From positions 140,845 through 197,460 of the forward strand of contig NW_003314266.1 in NCBI RefSeq assembly GCF_000143415.4: a stretch of DNA of 56,616 bases. The letters are read 5' to 3'. The notes beneath the pieces were generated by a model. The model had not been told where the DNA came from and did not search any database. It saw nothing but the letters and a program-made list of their open reading frames with translations. The translations under genes and the position numbers were made by a program. Every line of letters begins with the position of its first letter. Within the stretch, counting starts at the first letter, position 1. Source of the DNA: Selaginella moellendorffii (taxonomy: Eukaryota; Plantae; Lycopodiophyta). Positions 11,393 through 22,559 of the stretch are shown here, one piece after another.

Positions 11393-14300
11393 TTAACTTT
11401 CTTCTGCCTCATCATCAACATAATGATTTCTTTTATACTTCCTCCTATAGTGGTATTGTGGGGAAGATTCACCTTGCATATGTTGAGCCATGGCTTCTGC
11501 ATAGTCAGGGAGACTTCGAAAGCCTCCAATTCTAGAAACTCCAGGTGATTGTGATCTATAAAATAGAATGAAATATATATTGAAATTTTAATAAACATAA
11601 TTTACCTCCTTGAGGTTGAAGGCAACTCACGAAATCCTCTGAGCCGGCGTTTGAAGAAATGATGTTCTTCAATAGCAAACACCGACCTACCAGAGTCACG
11701 TGCTGCCTCCACCATAGAACCACTACCTGCTGTGCAATCAATCACAATACCATCTGGTGGGCAATAGAGCTCAAGCAAGACTTGCATTGCTGATGGAGTT
11801 CGGAATCGGTACCCTGGAAACGTGTTGCGGATCTGCTCATCCACAAGGTTGGGTATGATGTTAGTGGAACTGTCGTACCCAGGCAAAACACGTGCTGCAT
11901 GTTCGCTATCACGAAACCCATCATGTGTGTTTCTGCAGAAGGCATGATAGGTCCACATCATAACCTGGAAAATAAAAATGTTTAGAAATTAGATAAAAAT
12001 ATAAAATACATACTCACCTTTTCAGGCTTCCCTTGGACGCCCCTTGTATCAACGCCAATAGGATCCATAATGCACCTGGAAGAGAATGACTTGAAATGAA
12101 CTTCTGCTGCACACGTCATAAGCTCATACATCCAATTGGGGTCATTCGGTAGGATGAAGACGACATGGCCAGCTTCGAGCATAAGTACTTCGGACAATAG
12201 GAATGCATCGCGCAAGTGGTCAGGTGTGAGAAAGTTCCAATCCTCAACTTTCCCATCGATATCTGAAAGACCATCTGGAAAGTCGAAGAGAATGAAGTCC
12301 GCAACTGGGAGCATGGGCCTTTGTATCTTTCGGCACCAACGGTTGAACTGGCGGCGTATATCCATATTGATGTCGTCTTCCGTGAAAGATGTCAATAATC
12401 TACTGTAAGAGCCAATGAAGATACCCACAATGCCTCGTTGTGTTATTGGGGACACAGGACGGACCTATAAAAGAGCTAAGTGAATGAAAAAAGTAATAAA
12501 TAGTATGATACCGTCATATGGCGTGTTGTCGATGAGAGTTCCTCCAACTCCTCTTCACGAGCATCTCGTCGAGCTGGAATGAAATTACTACCAACAGTCA
12601 TTGCTGCAAAAAACATGTATTACCACCTTTAGTTTGTAAAATTCACTTTTGCTTACCTCGAGGTCGACGTGATATTCGGTGAACCACTTGATCATCGTTA
12701 TTTACTGGTAAAACCTGATCCGGATCTTGGTTGTTTGATGGTTGAATTGGAGCCTGTTTCTGACTGTCTGGTGGTGGAACATGAACTTGATCTGGAGCTT
12801 CCTCATCCTCGTCTCCATCGTCACTTGCATTGCCATCGTTGCTAGCATTGATAATTTCCTCGCGATCTAGTGTAGAGGTCTCCTTCCCTAGGAGTTCCAA
12901 CTCCCAAGGGCATTCTATCTTCCGTGCCTTCGGAACTCTCGCAAACATTGTTGGATACATTCCTCCATCTCTTACACCCTTTGCAACAAGTCGAGTGCAA
13001 ACTGGTGCCTCAAATGGCATGCCTCTATATCGAAGATACCTGTAAACAATATATATTAAAAAACAGTCTTAGAAATCATATTATACCTATAAGCTGCACG
13101 TCGCATGAAATAAGGTTGACCATGTTGGCAATCATAAGTTGTTGTGCTTGTAGACTTCTCTGGCAGCCACCCCTCTTCGATCCCTTCCAATGACGTGTTG
13201 ATGTAGGTGTCGAAAGACATAAATGTGCCATCTGGATCGTCACCAATGTGTGGTGCCAAGAACTTCTCACCTTCACTTATAGTTTGCGTGATGTAGACAG
13301 CCCTTCTCATCATGTTCTCAAATAGTTCTGGCAGTCCTTTCTCTCTGTTCATCAAGCAGACATTGAGGAACTCCAGAGTCTCTATCTGTTGCTTATATGG
13401 AAGCTTCGATTTTGCGATATTGTAAATCATATCATCTGGAGTTTTGTTCACTGCAAAAGTAACATATGCATAATTAAAAAAAATGAAGTGTGATAAAAAA
13501 CTTACATTCATGAGAAGAAATTTCGGCTATAGTCTCTAGCCACTCCTTCGGCCTGCGATTGTCTGCAATGCATACTAGTTTCTTCAACTTTGAGGACTTT
13601 GCATGCTGAATTTTGTGCTCAATTTGTACAAACTCAGCTGAGAGCTCTTCCCGACTCTTCTCCGGATATGCAAGTTCGTAAGCATCCTGCTTGACCTTCA
13701 CCAAAGGCTAAAAACCAAAACAATTAAAAGAGGCTTTTATAAAATAAAAGGGAAAGACATACCTTACACCACACAGCGAGCATAAAACTGATTGGGTTGT
13801 TGAACCAAGTTGTACCGTCATTTCGAGTGCGTGAGTGCCGAACAAGTGTTGCGAGATCATCACCATAATGTTGGCGGATGTCATCCTCACTCAAGTCTGC
13901 CAAAAATCGAAGTTGCTCGATGTCATGGACAAGATTTTGTTTTTGAACAGCGAACTGCCCAAGCCTACATTTAAACACAACAAAACAAGTTAAAGTGGAG
14001 TTAGAGGTAAAATTATAAAACTTACGCATTGATCTTTTGGCAGGCCAAGATAAGTCTGTTGACATCCAAAGGTCCCCTCGCGTAGACATGGCCGACTGGA
14101 ACGTTGATATGGTAGACAGGATCATCGCGAAAATGATCGTCGATACACTTCATCCAAGCTCCATATCGGTGGTTACCGTCAATAATTTGGAACATTGTCC
14201 CCGCAAGCTGTCGAGTCTCAGGATGTCTGATAAGCATGTCATCAAATTCTAGGGACTTCCTCCTCCAAATAGGATCCCAGCTATTCACAATCTCGGGTGT

Positions 14301-15374
14301 GACAGTAATGATCTCCATTGTTCCTGGCTTGCAAAAAGAGACTAAAAACATACCGATATTTGTTGCAAGGCCATTCTGTTTGAACAAGCTGTATATATCC
14401 GGGTTGACATACTTGGATGCTGTGCGGACAAGGTTCGTCTGCTGCAAACGGCAAAGGGGGATTTCTCTGATCAAGTCACAAGGGCCTGGCCACTTGAGCG
14501 CCTCAAGTGTTTGGTGAACTGCTTTTTCCCTTGTCCGCATAACAGTCTCTTGGAAGCGCTTGTCCACCACGTTGTCAGGAAGGTCTGCAACTCTTTCAGC
14601 TCCAGGTTGTTCCTCAGGTTCCCTATCGTGAACACCACTAGATTGCCCAACTTCAGGGATTTGCGTTGGTGGTGGTGGCGGTGGTGGCGGGGGCAAAGGC
14701 AATAGTGGCAGTGGTGGTGGCAATGGTGGTGGTGGCGGTGGCGGTGGGGGCAGAGGCAATAGTGGTAGTGGTGGTGGCAATGGTGGTGGTGGCGGTGGCG
14801 ATGGAGGTGGTGGAGGTGGTGATGGAGGTGGTGGAGGTGGCGATGGCGGTGGTGGAGGTGGTGATGGTGGAGGTGATGGTGGTGGAGGTGGTGAATCTCT
14901 ATTTAAATGTGTCTCTGTTGTGCCAATGGACATGTCGATTGTGATGTCGTCGTCAGTGCCAAATTGAACTTCTCGTGTCTTCTTGGCTCCAACAACCTTT
15001 TTCTGTGTTACAATTTTCCTTTTCTGCAAGAGAAAAAGTTTTGTTAGTCAAACTAAATAAAGATAATGAGAAATTCAAACAGTCAAAGAGAAAAAAAAAA
15101 TCAAGTGGGCCTAGACTCCACCTCGGGCACTTTGGCTNNNNNNNNNNNNNNNNNNNNNNNNNNNNNNNNNNNNNNNNNNNNNNNNNNNNNNNNNNNNNNN
15201 NNNNNNNNNNNNNNNNNNNNNNNNNNNNNNNNNNNNNGCCCCTCGGCAAGCAAAACTGCCCGAGGTGGCCCGCCCGAGCTCGACCTCGGCCAGCAAAGAA
15301 GCAATCAAGAAAAAAAAGGGAAGAAATGGAATGGAAGTGGAAGCAATCAAATCGAAACTCACCCTTGGCGGCAT
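11393..15374 (-). CDS. ParB-like domain plus beta-class N6-adenine/N4-cytosine DNA methyltransferase-like fusion, ~1073 aa, 10 exons
   Basis: Exons 15374-15363, 15023-14026, 13964-13763, 13707-13506, 13450-13087, 13039-12657, 12603-12512, 12464-12018, 11964-11606 and 11555-11393 join in frame through GT-AG introns (or the ORF stops at 11602 if the last intron is unused). Motifs: MPPRKRK, poly-Pro, FQIIDGNHRYGAW, ADFILFDFPDG, PPDGIVIDCTAGSGSMVEAARDSGRSVFAIE. Intron 1 spans an N gap. Confidence 0.88.
14667..14893 (-). repeat. Coding poly-proline (CCN)n tract
   Basis: (ggt/ggc/gga)n on the plus strand translates to SPPPPP/PPPPLP on the minus strand. Confidence 0.9.
15138..15237. other. Assembly gap (100 N)
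   Basis: N run. Confidence 1.
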
Positions 15375-15414
15375 CTTTCCTCCCTCGATTTCTTGATCAT
15401 GCTAGATTTCTTGT

Positions 15415-15700
15415 GCGCTCAATCTCTCCTTCTCGCGCGCTCAATCTCTCCTGCTTGCGCACTCAATCTCTCCCGCTCGCGCGCTCAAACTCTCCCGCTC
15501 GCGCACTCAATCTCTCGATCTCTTGCGCGCTCAATCTCTCGATCTCTTGCGCGCTCAATCTCTCGATCTCTTGCACACTCAATCTCTCGATCTCTTGCAC
15601 GCTCAATCGCTCGATCTCCTTCGCGCTCAATCGCTCGATCTCCTTCGCGCTCAATCCCTCGATCTCCTTCGCGCTCAATCTCTCGATCTCTCGTGCGCTC
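15415..15700. repeat. 21-bp CpG-rich tandem array, about 12-13 copies
   Basis: Unit gcgctcaatctctcgatctc(t/c)t... just upstream of the ParB-MTase ATG. Confidence 0.93.
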
Positions 15701-16854
15701 CACTCACGATGCGAACAGTAACCTAATCTTGGTGGCTACCCTAACCCTAATCCTGACGGCTGCCCTAACCCTAACCTATCTCTCATCCTGGCCGTTCATT
15801 CCGAATAACCTAAATCTCAACCATCACAATATCTTTGATCTTATTTTATCTTATCATTATTATTATATGTAAATTATGCTTCTTTATTTTGTATATTTTA
15901 ATGATGGTATAACTAGCACCTATCAACATTTCTGTTATTAGAGATATGATATTATATTTTACAAATTATCTAGAAAGGATGCATTCTCATCACTATTTTG
16001 TACATATTTTGGAATCGTTACAAGAACTTCAAAGAGTATAAATAAGGCACGTTAAAATATGTTGTACTATATCCATCTATGAATGGATGAATCCGCATCC
16101 AGAAATTTATTTTGTACTGTATTAGATCCTAAACAATAGGCACGTGCTTTAAATGTCATTGAGCAGTGTTCACAATTATGGATAAAACTTGAGTTGTACT
16201 ACGAATCAAATCTGTTATTGATAGAATAAGATTTGACAAGATTTATTATCATCTACCACTTAAAATTTGACAACTTGACATATCACACGTGCTGATAGTT
16301 AGATTGGATCTCTTGGTTTAACACGTTATAGCAGAATGTCATTACTGGTATCATTATTAACTATCAAACTTCACGTGCTGAAAATCTTTCCTTGGATCTA
16401 TGTGTATACATGCATCAGACATCATAATAGATGACAGTAATATTAATACTGTCACACTTACACATGTTAAATTTGCTATAGAATTTAAATTCATTTTGTA
16501 CGTTGTCTTCTTATTACTCTATTTAAATTTCAATTATGTTTCACTATAGATTTTTACAAGTAGCATAAAGAGAGAGAACTCCAAAACCTATTGAGAAGGA
16601 TGGAGAGGTTTCTTCTTCATTTTCGAGATCACCCACCTCTTTCATTCTCTCAGAGTATTGTTTCTGAAAGTTTTTTATGTCGGCGTTTTGATCTTCGTCT
16701 TGGCTCTATTTCTTTAGAGGCTGTGATCCGCAACGACACCGGTATAGTTGCATACTCGGAGTTTCTTCTTTCTGGTGTGGGCGAGGGTGGACAACAATGG
16801 GATTTACAAAATTCCAAGTCGAAGGAGATTCGAGTGTTTGGATCTCCAGTCAAA

Positions 16855-19800
16855 ATGCCAAAATGCGCTCCAGCGAAAGTGAATGTGAAGCAAGAGTCAG
16901 TCGTTATCCTCTCGTCCTCTTCTAGTTCAAGTGAAGATGTCATGCTAGTGTCGGCGCCAAATTCACCAGCTCCAGCTCCAACTTCAGCAATATTCAAAGC
17001 CGTTAGCAATGCTTTCCAATTTTCACGCCTCTCAATCGACGTGCACTTGTTTTTGTATAGGCTTGTGAGTGAGCTTCCATCCTCCTACAACGGCAACATT
17101 TTCTTCGAGCTACCACCTCTTGTCAGCAGCACAGGTTCCAAACGGAAGGGGATGGAAACCAAGCAGGATGTCCACAATTGGTGCAAGATCAAGACCACAC
17201 ACTTTCAACATTTTGAAGGCACAGTGTCTATAGTTCATTGTGGCGGGCATTTAGATTGTGTGGATGAAGCATGCAATCGAGACCGCTCTAGAAACTCTAT
17301 ATTTTTCGAAGGGTCTGCAGTCAATCCTCCAGCCTGTGACACCATTGCTGTTGGATTCAAATGTCGATTCTGCAAAAATGCTCCTCTATGTCGTGCTATC
17401 TGCGATGCCAAGATGTACTACTTTCTTCCACGGGATGGAGTGGCTGGAAGAGCTGCAGTGCATGTTGGCACACATATGCATCCAATGCAGGAAGGGATAC
17501 AAAGGAGTTCTCTCAACCGTTTCAAAGATGCTGTATAGGAAGAGACTATGAGAAACTCATCTGCAACTCCGAAGCATATTCAGAAGACCGTCCTCAAGGA
17601 TTTTATCGCAAATACCTTACTCAATCCAGGTTGCCAAAAGACTCAACTAAACGAGGCTAGCTTGCGGGACTTACTACGAGAAGTACAACCTGCTACTAGC
17701 CTAAGGAGGTACATCCATTATTTTTCATACGTTATAATAATAATTTTTTCTTACATTATATTGTTTAGGATAAAATCTTGGATGTGTGAATCTCGAGAGG
17801 GGAAGTTGCAATCAAAAATTGACTCCATCCTTGAATTGAAACGGACCTGTCCATACGAGTTCATCCACGGAAGTTTGTTTCCAGACCAAGTTGTGAATGA
17901 GCAAGAGCGCCCCTTCGTCTTCAAAATGTCTACCATGGGCCCTGCCTCTGGTGTAGATCTTGTCTCCCGAATGGACATGTTTGGGTCCAGTGACCTTGCA
18001 AATGCATGGGTACATTTTGACCATATGGAGCGTGTATCCGGTTGGACAACCATGGGAGCTCATGTATATGATCCAAGGTAATTTTTATTCTCATTATATT
18101 GAAATTGTTATAATATTTATGTTTTCATAGGCTACGTTGTAATTTAACAATTGCGACAGCAGAGTTTAAAGTACAAGACCAGACAGCACAGGAAATATTT
18201 TGGAAGTCCCTCTCTGATATTGTCCTAAAGCGGACTGGTAAGCCTGCAAACTTTCGTGGTTTCATGGCAGATGGGGCTGGTGCAAACTGGAATGGTATCC
18301 GAGCAGTTTTTGGGAATGGTCAACCATTGGAAGGTCGTGAGAGGACTTGTGAGTTCCATTGGGCTCAAAGCCTAAACCAGCACTGCCACCTTATCAAGCC
18401 AGAGTTTCAATCAATATTTAAGGAGTTGTGCAAACAATGGCAAGTTGCACCTTCTGAAGAAGAGCATGAGGCAAAAGCAAACGAGATCCGAATGTGGTGG
18501 CGTGAAGATGGCCATACAGACGTAAGTTGCCTACCACAACTTGAGTCATGGTTAGGATGGTGGGAAGTTAGGATGTTCCAATGGGGACATCACTCTTTTC
18601 AGGTTGGTTTATATTTTTTCTTCTCCTTTTATTACCTTTTAATATTGCCTTTTCCATTAGGATCAACCACTTGAGGACCTCGCATACACCCCAACTGTGA
18701 ATCTCTCCGAAAGTAAGCATTGGAGTTGGCGTTCCTCTGAGGCAGGGAAAGGGAAGATGAGTCTATACGAAGCCTGTCTATCAGATTTGATACGTGCTAT
18801 AGAGCAATCTTCAAAAGCACTGGCATTCGAGGAAGGAAGATACATGGGAACAGGGCCTTCTGTTGAGATGTTACATGATAGGATGAAGAGAAAATTAACT
18901 CCACCCGCCCGAACAGTGGCAACTGCAGTTGAGGAAGTGGTCCGTGGCACATCTATGGAGTACACTCCCCGAGCTTCTATTGGTGATATGAAGACTGTCC
19001 GCTCAAAGCGTCGTTTTTCCTTTGCTGGGGAAGATGTTGGTACGGACCTTGGAGCAAAAAGCTCCCACAGGCCTGATGTCGAGTACCATTCTGCTCCAAG
19101 ACACCGCTCTCGGACTGAGCCACCTCAAGTGGCTGATGAAGAGAGTGCATCGCAACAAGTTGAAATTGCTTACCGTAACGTGGAGCCGAAGCAATGGGCA
19201 ATCCGACGTGTGCCAGCAAAATCAAATGTAAGGTGTGTGGGGATGCTTCCGAGGGGCAAGTGTTGGGCCTGGATTCGTGGTGAAAAATCTGCTTCTGTTC
19301 CAGCCCCATGTTTCTATGGGGAACGAAAGCAAGCAGGATTTTCAAGATGGTGCTGGCTATATTGTTGCAACACTGACGCCAACCATACGAAGCGGCTTGA
19401 AGACACTATAGTGACTAAACCTGATGCAGTACCTAAAGAATGGCCGGTTGCTAATGGGGTCGCGCTCACCTCGGATGAGATTGAAAACCTTGAGAAATCT
19501 GGTTTTAATCTTGAGAGGAGAGTTGGAGACATGAGTGACAGGAGCAGGACTATTCCTACAGAGATGCACAGGAGGCCAGCACAAAAAGGTAAAGCAGTTA
19601 AATTTATTGGTACCGTCTCCAAGCAGAAGCAAGGTAAAATAAACTTGGCTCAAACACTTGAGTGTGAGATTCTCTCTACGAAGTACATCACTGCGCTTGC
19701 AAAGGAGTACATAGTCAAAACAGAAGGTGGAGAGTACACAATTGCCATTCACGACTTTCCTTCTTGCACATGTCCAGACTTTACGAAGCGCGAGGAACAT

Positions 19801-19938
19801 GGGAAGGCATATGCTCCTTGCAAGCATATGTACTACATCTTCATCAACATCTTGCACCAGGATCCTAAAGTGGATATTCATATACACCAAGCAAGCCTTA
19901 CTATTGCTGAGTTGCAGAAAACTTTTGGAGCTAATTAG
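16855..19938 (+). pseudogene. Mutator-family transposase (GCM-like Zn domain, DDE core, SWIM finger) with one in-frame stop
   Basis: Exons 16855-17708, 17769-18077, 18131-18602 and 18661-19938 are in frame (start codon uncertain). Motifs: HCGGHLDC..C..CRFC..C..HVGTHMH; WVHFDH; FMADGA..N..GIRAVFG..CEFHW; TVNLSESKH; CTCPDF..CKH. TAG at 17536-17538. Confidence 0.88.
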
Positions 19939-20029
19939 ATTTCTCCAACACTATCGATGTTTATTCTCTATCAATAAAACTTATTATACTTTATATAATT
20001 AATACAAATGTGCTTTTTCATTTCACTTT

Positions 20030-20482
20030 TCATTTTATATGCTTCCGAGTGTTCTTCTCGCAATACTGCCCATAGTACTCGTGTGTCTCCATTTCTGTCT
20101 TTACCATCTCAAAAAAGATTTCATGGTAATCTTTCGGGTGCGTGATGTTGCAGTGTGTCGCAAGAGCATATATACCATCATACTGATCATTGCCATTGTT
20201 TCCACCAGACGCTAGAAAACATATGGGGCACTTCTTGAAAGTGGCAGAACTGCACTTTTCTAAAACAAGTAAGAGGGCATTCTTTTTCACCCAATTTGTT
20301 GCACCCTCTGTCATTGCATTTATCTCCAATTCATGATCACTATCCTCACTATCCTCTCTTTCATTCTCTTGTGTGATTTGGTTATGCTGTGCAATGGGAT
20401 AGTTATTGCATCTCCTAGCCCTTGAGCTCTGGGAAGAAAGATTGTGAGAGTTAAAATTACCAACACTAGAACCCATAGACAT
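20030..20482 (-). CDS. 150-aa element-encoded putative Zn-binding protein, paralogue of 10519-11064
   Basis: KCPICF...NG...G....HC...H.......K....THEYY. Confidence 0.65.
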   Translation of the reverse strand: MSMGSSVGNFNSHNLSSQSSRARRCNNYPIAQHNQITQENEREDSEDSDHELEINAMTEGATNWVKKNALLLVLEKCSSATFKKCPICFLASGGNNGNDQYDGIYALATHCNITHPKDYHEIFFEMVKTEMETHEYYGQYCEKNTRKHIK

Positions 20483-20963
20483 TTGTGGGTGTATTTCCCT
20501 TTTTTCGAATGAGAGTGTGAATGAAGATCTATAAATTCTAGACAGTATGCTACGACAAACCCCTCAAGAATGTATTCTACAAAGAACCAAGTCTTTCTTT
20601 TATATGCAATAAGCTTACATCAACGGTTATTTTTTTTCCTTTCAAACGGTTATATGGCTTCACATAGAATCTTATTTCAAATTTAATAATTTTTTAATTC
20701 TGACAAACCTAACATTTACTAGCCAGAAAGCATAGAGTACAAATTTAAAGAAGTGACAAGAATACTCTTTTTTCAAACATTTTATTTTATGTTCTAACAA
20801 ATGTCCCTATCATTGCATGTAGTAAATATTTAAATTATTAGAACAAAATGTGTTATTTAGAACATTTTTATCTATATAATATATAGAGAGTTATTAAATT
20901 ATTAGGTTCGCCATAACCTTAAAATTTTAAAATTTATAATGTTTGTACTAAATTACAATTGAA

Positions 20964-21024
20964 AATTGAGCTCAACTCGTGAGCTCAACTCTTCAACTCG
21001 TGAGCTCAAGTATGGTCCGCGCCC
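20964..21024 (-). repeat. Right TIR and subterminal repeat
   Basis: aattgagctcaactcgtgagctcaactc...gagctcaagtatggtccgcgccc, inverted relative to 9219-9267. Confidence 0.8.
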
Positions 21025-21076
21025 CTCTCGACAGTGTCTCAGGTCAAAGATAGTTCTTCATCGTTTCTCTCATTCC

Positions 21077-21758
21077 ATGGCAGCAACAATGTTGGCAATT
21101 CTCATCGCCATCTTCGTCTTTGCATGCTCGCCACCCCCACTCGTCCTTGCTGCCGACGAGGACATGCTCCAGGACGTCTGTGTCGCGGACAACAACAACA
21201 CTATCATCATCAATGGCAAGGTATGCAAGCCCATGGTAGTGGTGGTGGCCGAGGACTTCAAGTCGGGCTTGCTCAGGAACCCAGGCAACACCAGCAACAG
21301 GCCTGGCTCCGCAGTCACCGCTGCAAACATTGGCAATTTCCCTGGGCTCAACACTTTGGGCGTCTCGTTTGCCCCCCTCAACTACGCTCCCGGCAGTGTC
21401 AACCCCCCACACGTCCACCCCCGGGGCACCGAGCTCCTCTTCCTCGTCCAAGGAACTCTGTTCGTGGGATTCATTGGGATTCATTACCACCGCACCGGAT
21501 AACCAGCTCTTCGCGCAGACAATCAATCCCGGCGAGCTCTTCGTCTTCCCTCGAGGACTGGTTCACTTCCAGATCAACACTGGCAGAGAGCCTGCGGTGG
21601 CGGTGGCCGGGTTCAACTCGCAGAACCCCGGAGTCTCCCAGGTTGCCAAGGCCGTGTTTGGCTCGAACCCGCCTATCTTGGACGCCGTCATTGAGAGGAC
21701 GTTCCAGATCGATAATGCTCTCGTGCAGAGGCTCCGGGAGCTCGTGAGCATGACGTAG
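21077..21758 (+). pseudogene. Germin-like protein copy 1, frameshifted
   Basis: Near-identical to 28607-29278, but a 10-bp duplication (gggattcatt twice, about 21466-21486) shifts the frame between germin boxes 1 and 2. Confidence 0.9.
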
Positions 21759-22212
21759 AGCATCGTTTTCCATAGATTTTGTTGTTTCTTTTGATTAATA
21801 ACTTCAAAGGTTTTGTTGATCTACTCGGTTTTGTGCTCAAGATCATTGGAGAATAGCTTCATCCATAGGGCATCCATGTTCTCGAGGTGAATCTCTGACA
21901 GACGCGCTCGAAATACCATCCAGGAAGCTCAAGTTCAAGGATCTGCCCAGAAAATGGCAGCATCTTTTAAATTAATCAATTTAAACCTAATGGGCTACTG
22001 TCAAAATAAATGTTTAATTCAACCTTTAATTTATTGGCAAACTCTCGTACTCGCTATTCCTTTTCAACCATTTGCTCTTAGCACTGCTCTTATGAGAGAT
22101 TGCGTCCGCCATCACCATCCCTTTGGGAGCATGGATCGAGCCTGTGAGCCTGGCGCAGCTGGAACATGCTTGCCTGCAAGCTTTTCCCTACGAAGATGTC
22201 GAGCTTTCCTTG

Positions 22213-22312
22213 NNNNNNNNNNNNNNNNNNNNNNNNNNNNNNNNNNNNNNNNNNNNNNNNNNNNNNNNNNNNNNNNNNNNNNNNNNNNNNNNNNNNNNNN
22301 NNNNNNNNNNNN
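22213..22312. other. Assembly gap (100 N)
   Basis: N run; the inverted copy has only 25 bp between the same flanks. Confidence 1.
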
Positions 22313-22559
22313 ACCTATGGTGAAAACACTTGGTGACAAGAGGAAGTTGCAATATCAGAGATCAGCACCTGTTATGCCTCATCCACTCTGCCTGAAGCTA
22401 AAACGCTTGCTTTGCAGCCGAGAAGAGTCACTAAAGTGTTGTGGTTAACAGCAATGGGAGCACCTGACATCTCCAGGTAGTTTTGGGCACGTAGTGATCA
22501 CCACCGCCAAAAGAGTTCTCAAGTTCCTCAGCGGGAGGAACAGCTCCAATGCATTAACG

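Larger units (their letters stand above)
9219..21024 (+). mobile_element. ~11.8 kb Mutator-like DNA transposon carrying cargo genes
   Basis: TSD ctctcgac at 9211-9218 and 21025-21032; empty site visible in the paralogous promoters (about 28551-28570 and reverse complement of 45715-45735); imperfect TIRs; MULE DDE plus SWIM transposase. Confidence 0.92.

Noticed and set aside
14667-14893. Extensin or formin gene
   Set aside because: The poly-Pro tract is a linker in exon 2 of the ParB-MTase gene; there is no signal peptide or FH2 domain.
11393-15374. Bacterial contamination as the source of the ParB-MTase
   Set aside because: The gene has up to nine spliceosomal introns and lies inside a TSD-flanked element within plant sequence.
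15738-15778. Interstitial telomere
   Set aside because: Only a few CCCTAA units are present; more consistent with telo-box-like promoter motifs.
15066-15872. Arg/Ser- and Glu/Arg-rich ORFs on both strands
   Set aside because: They are translations of the 21-bp tandem array and some span an N gap; there is no independent coding evidence.
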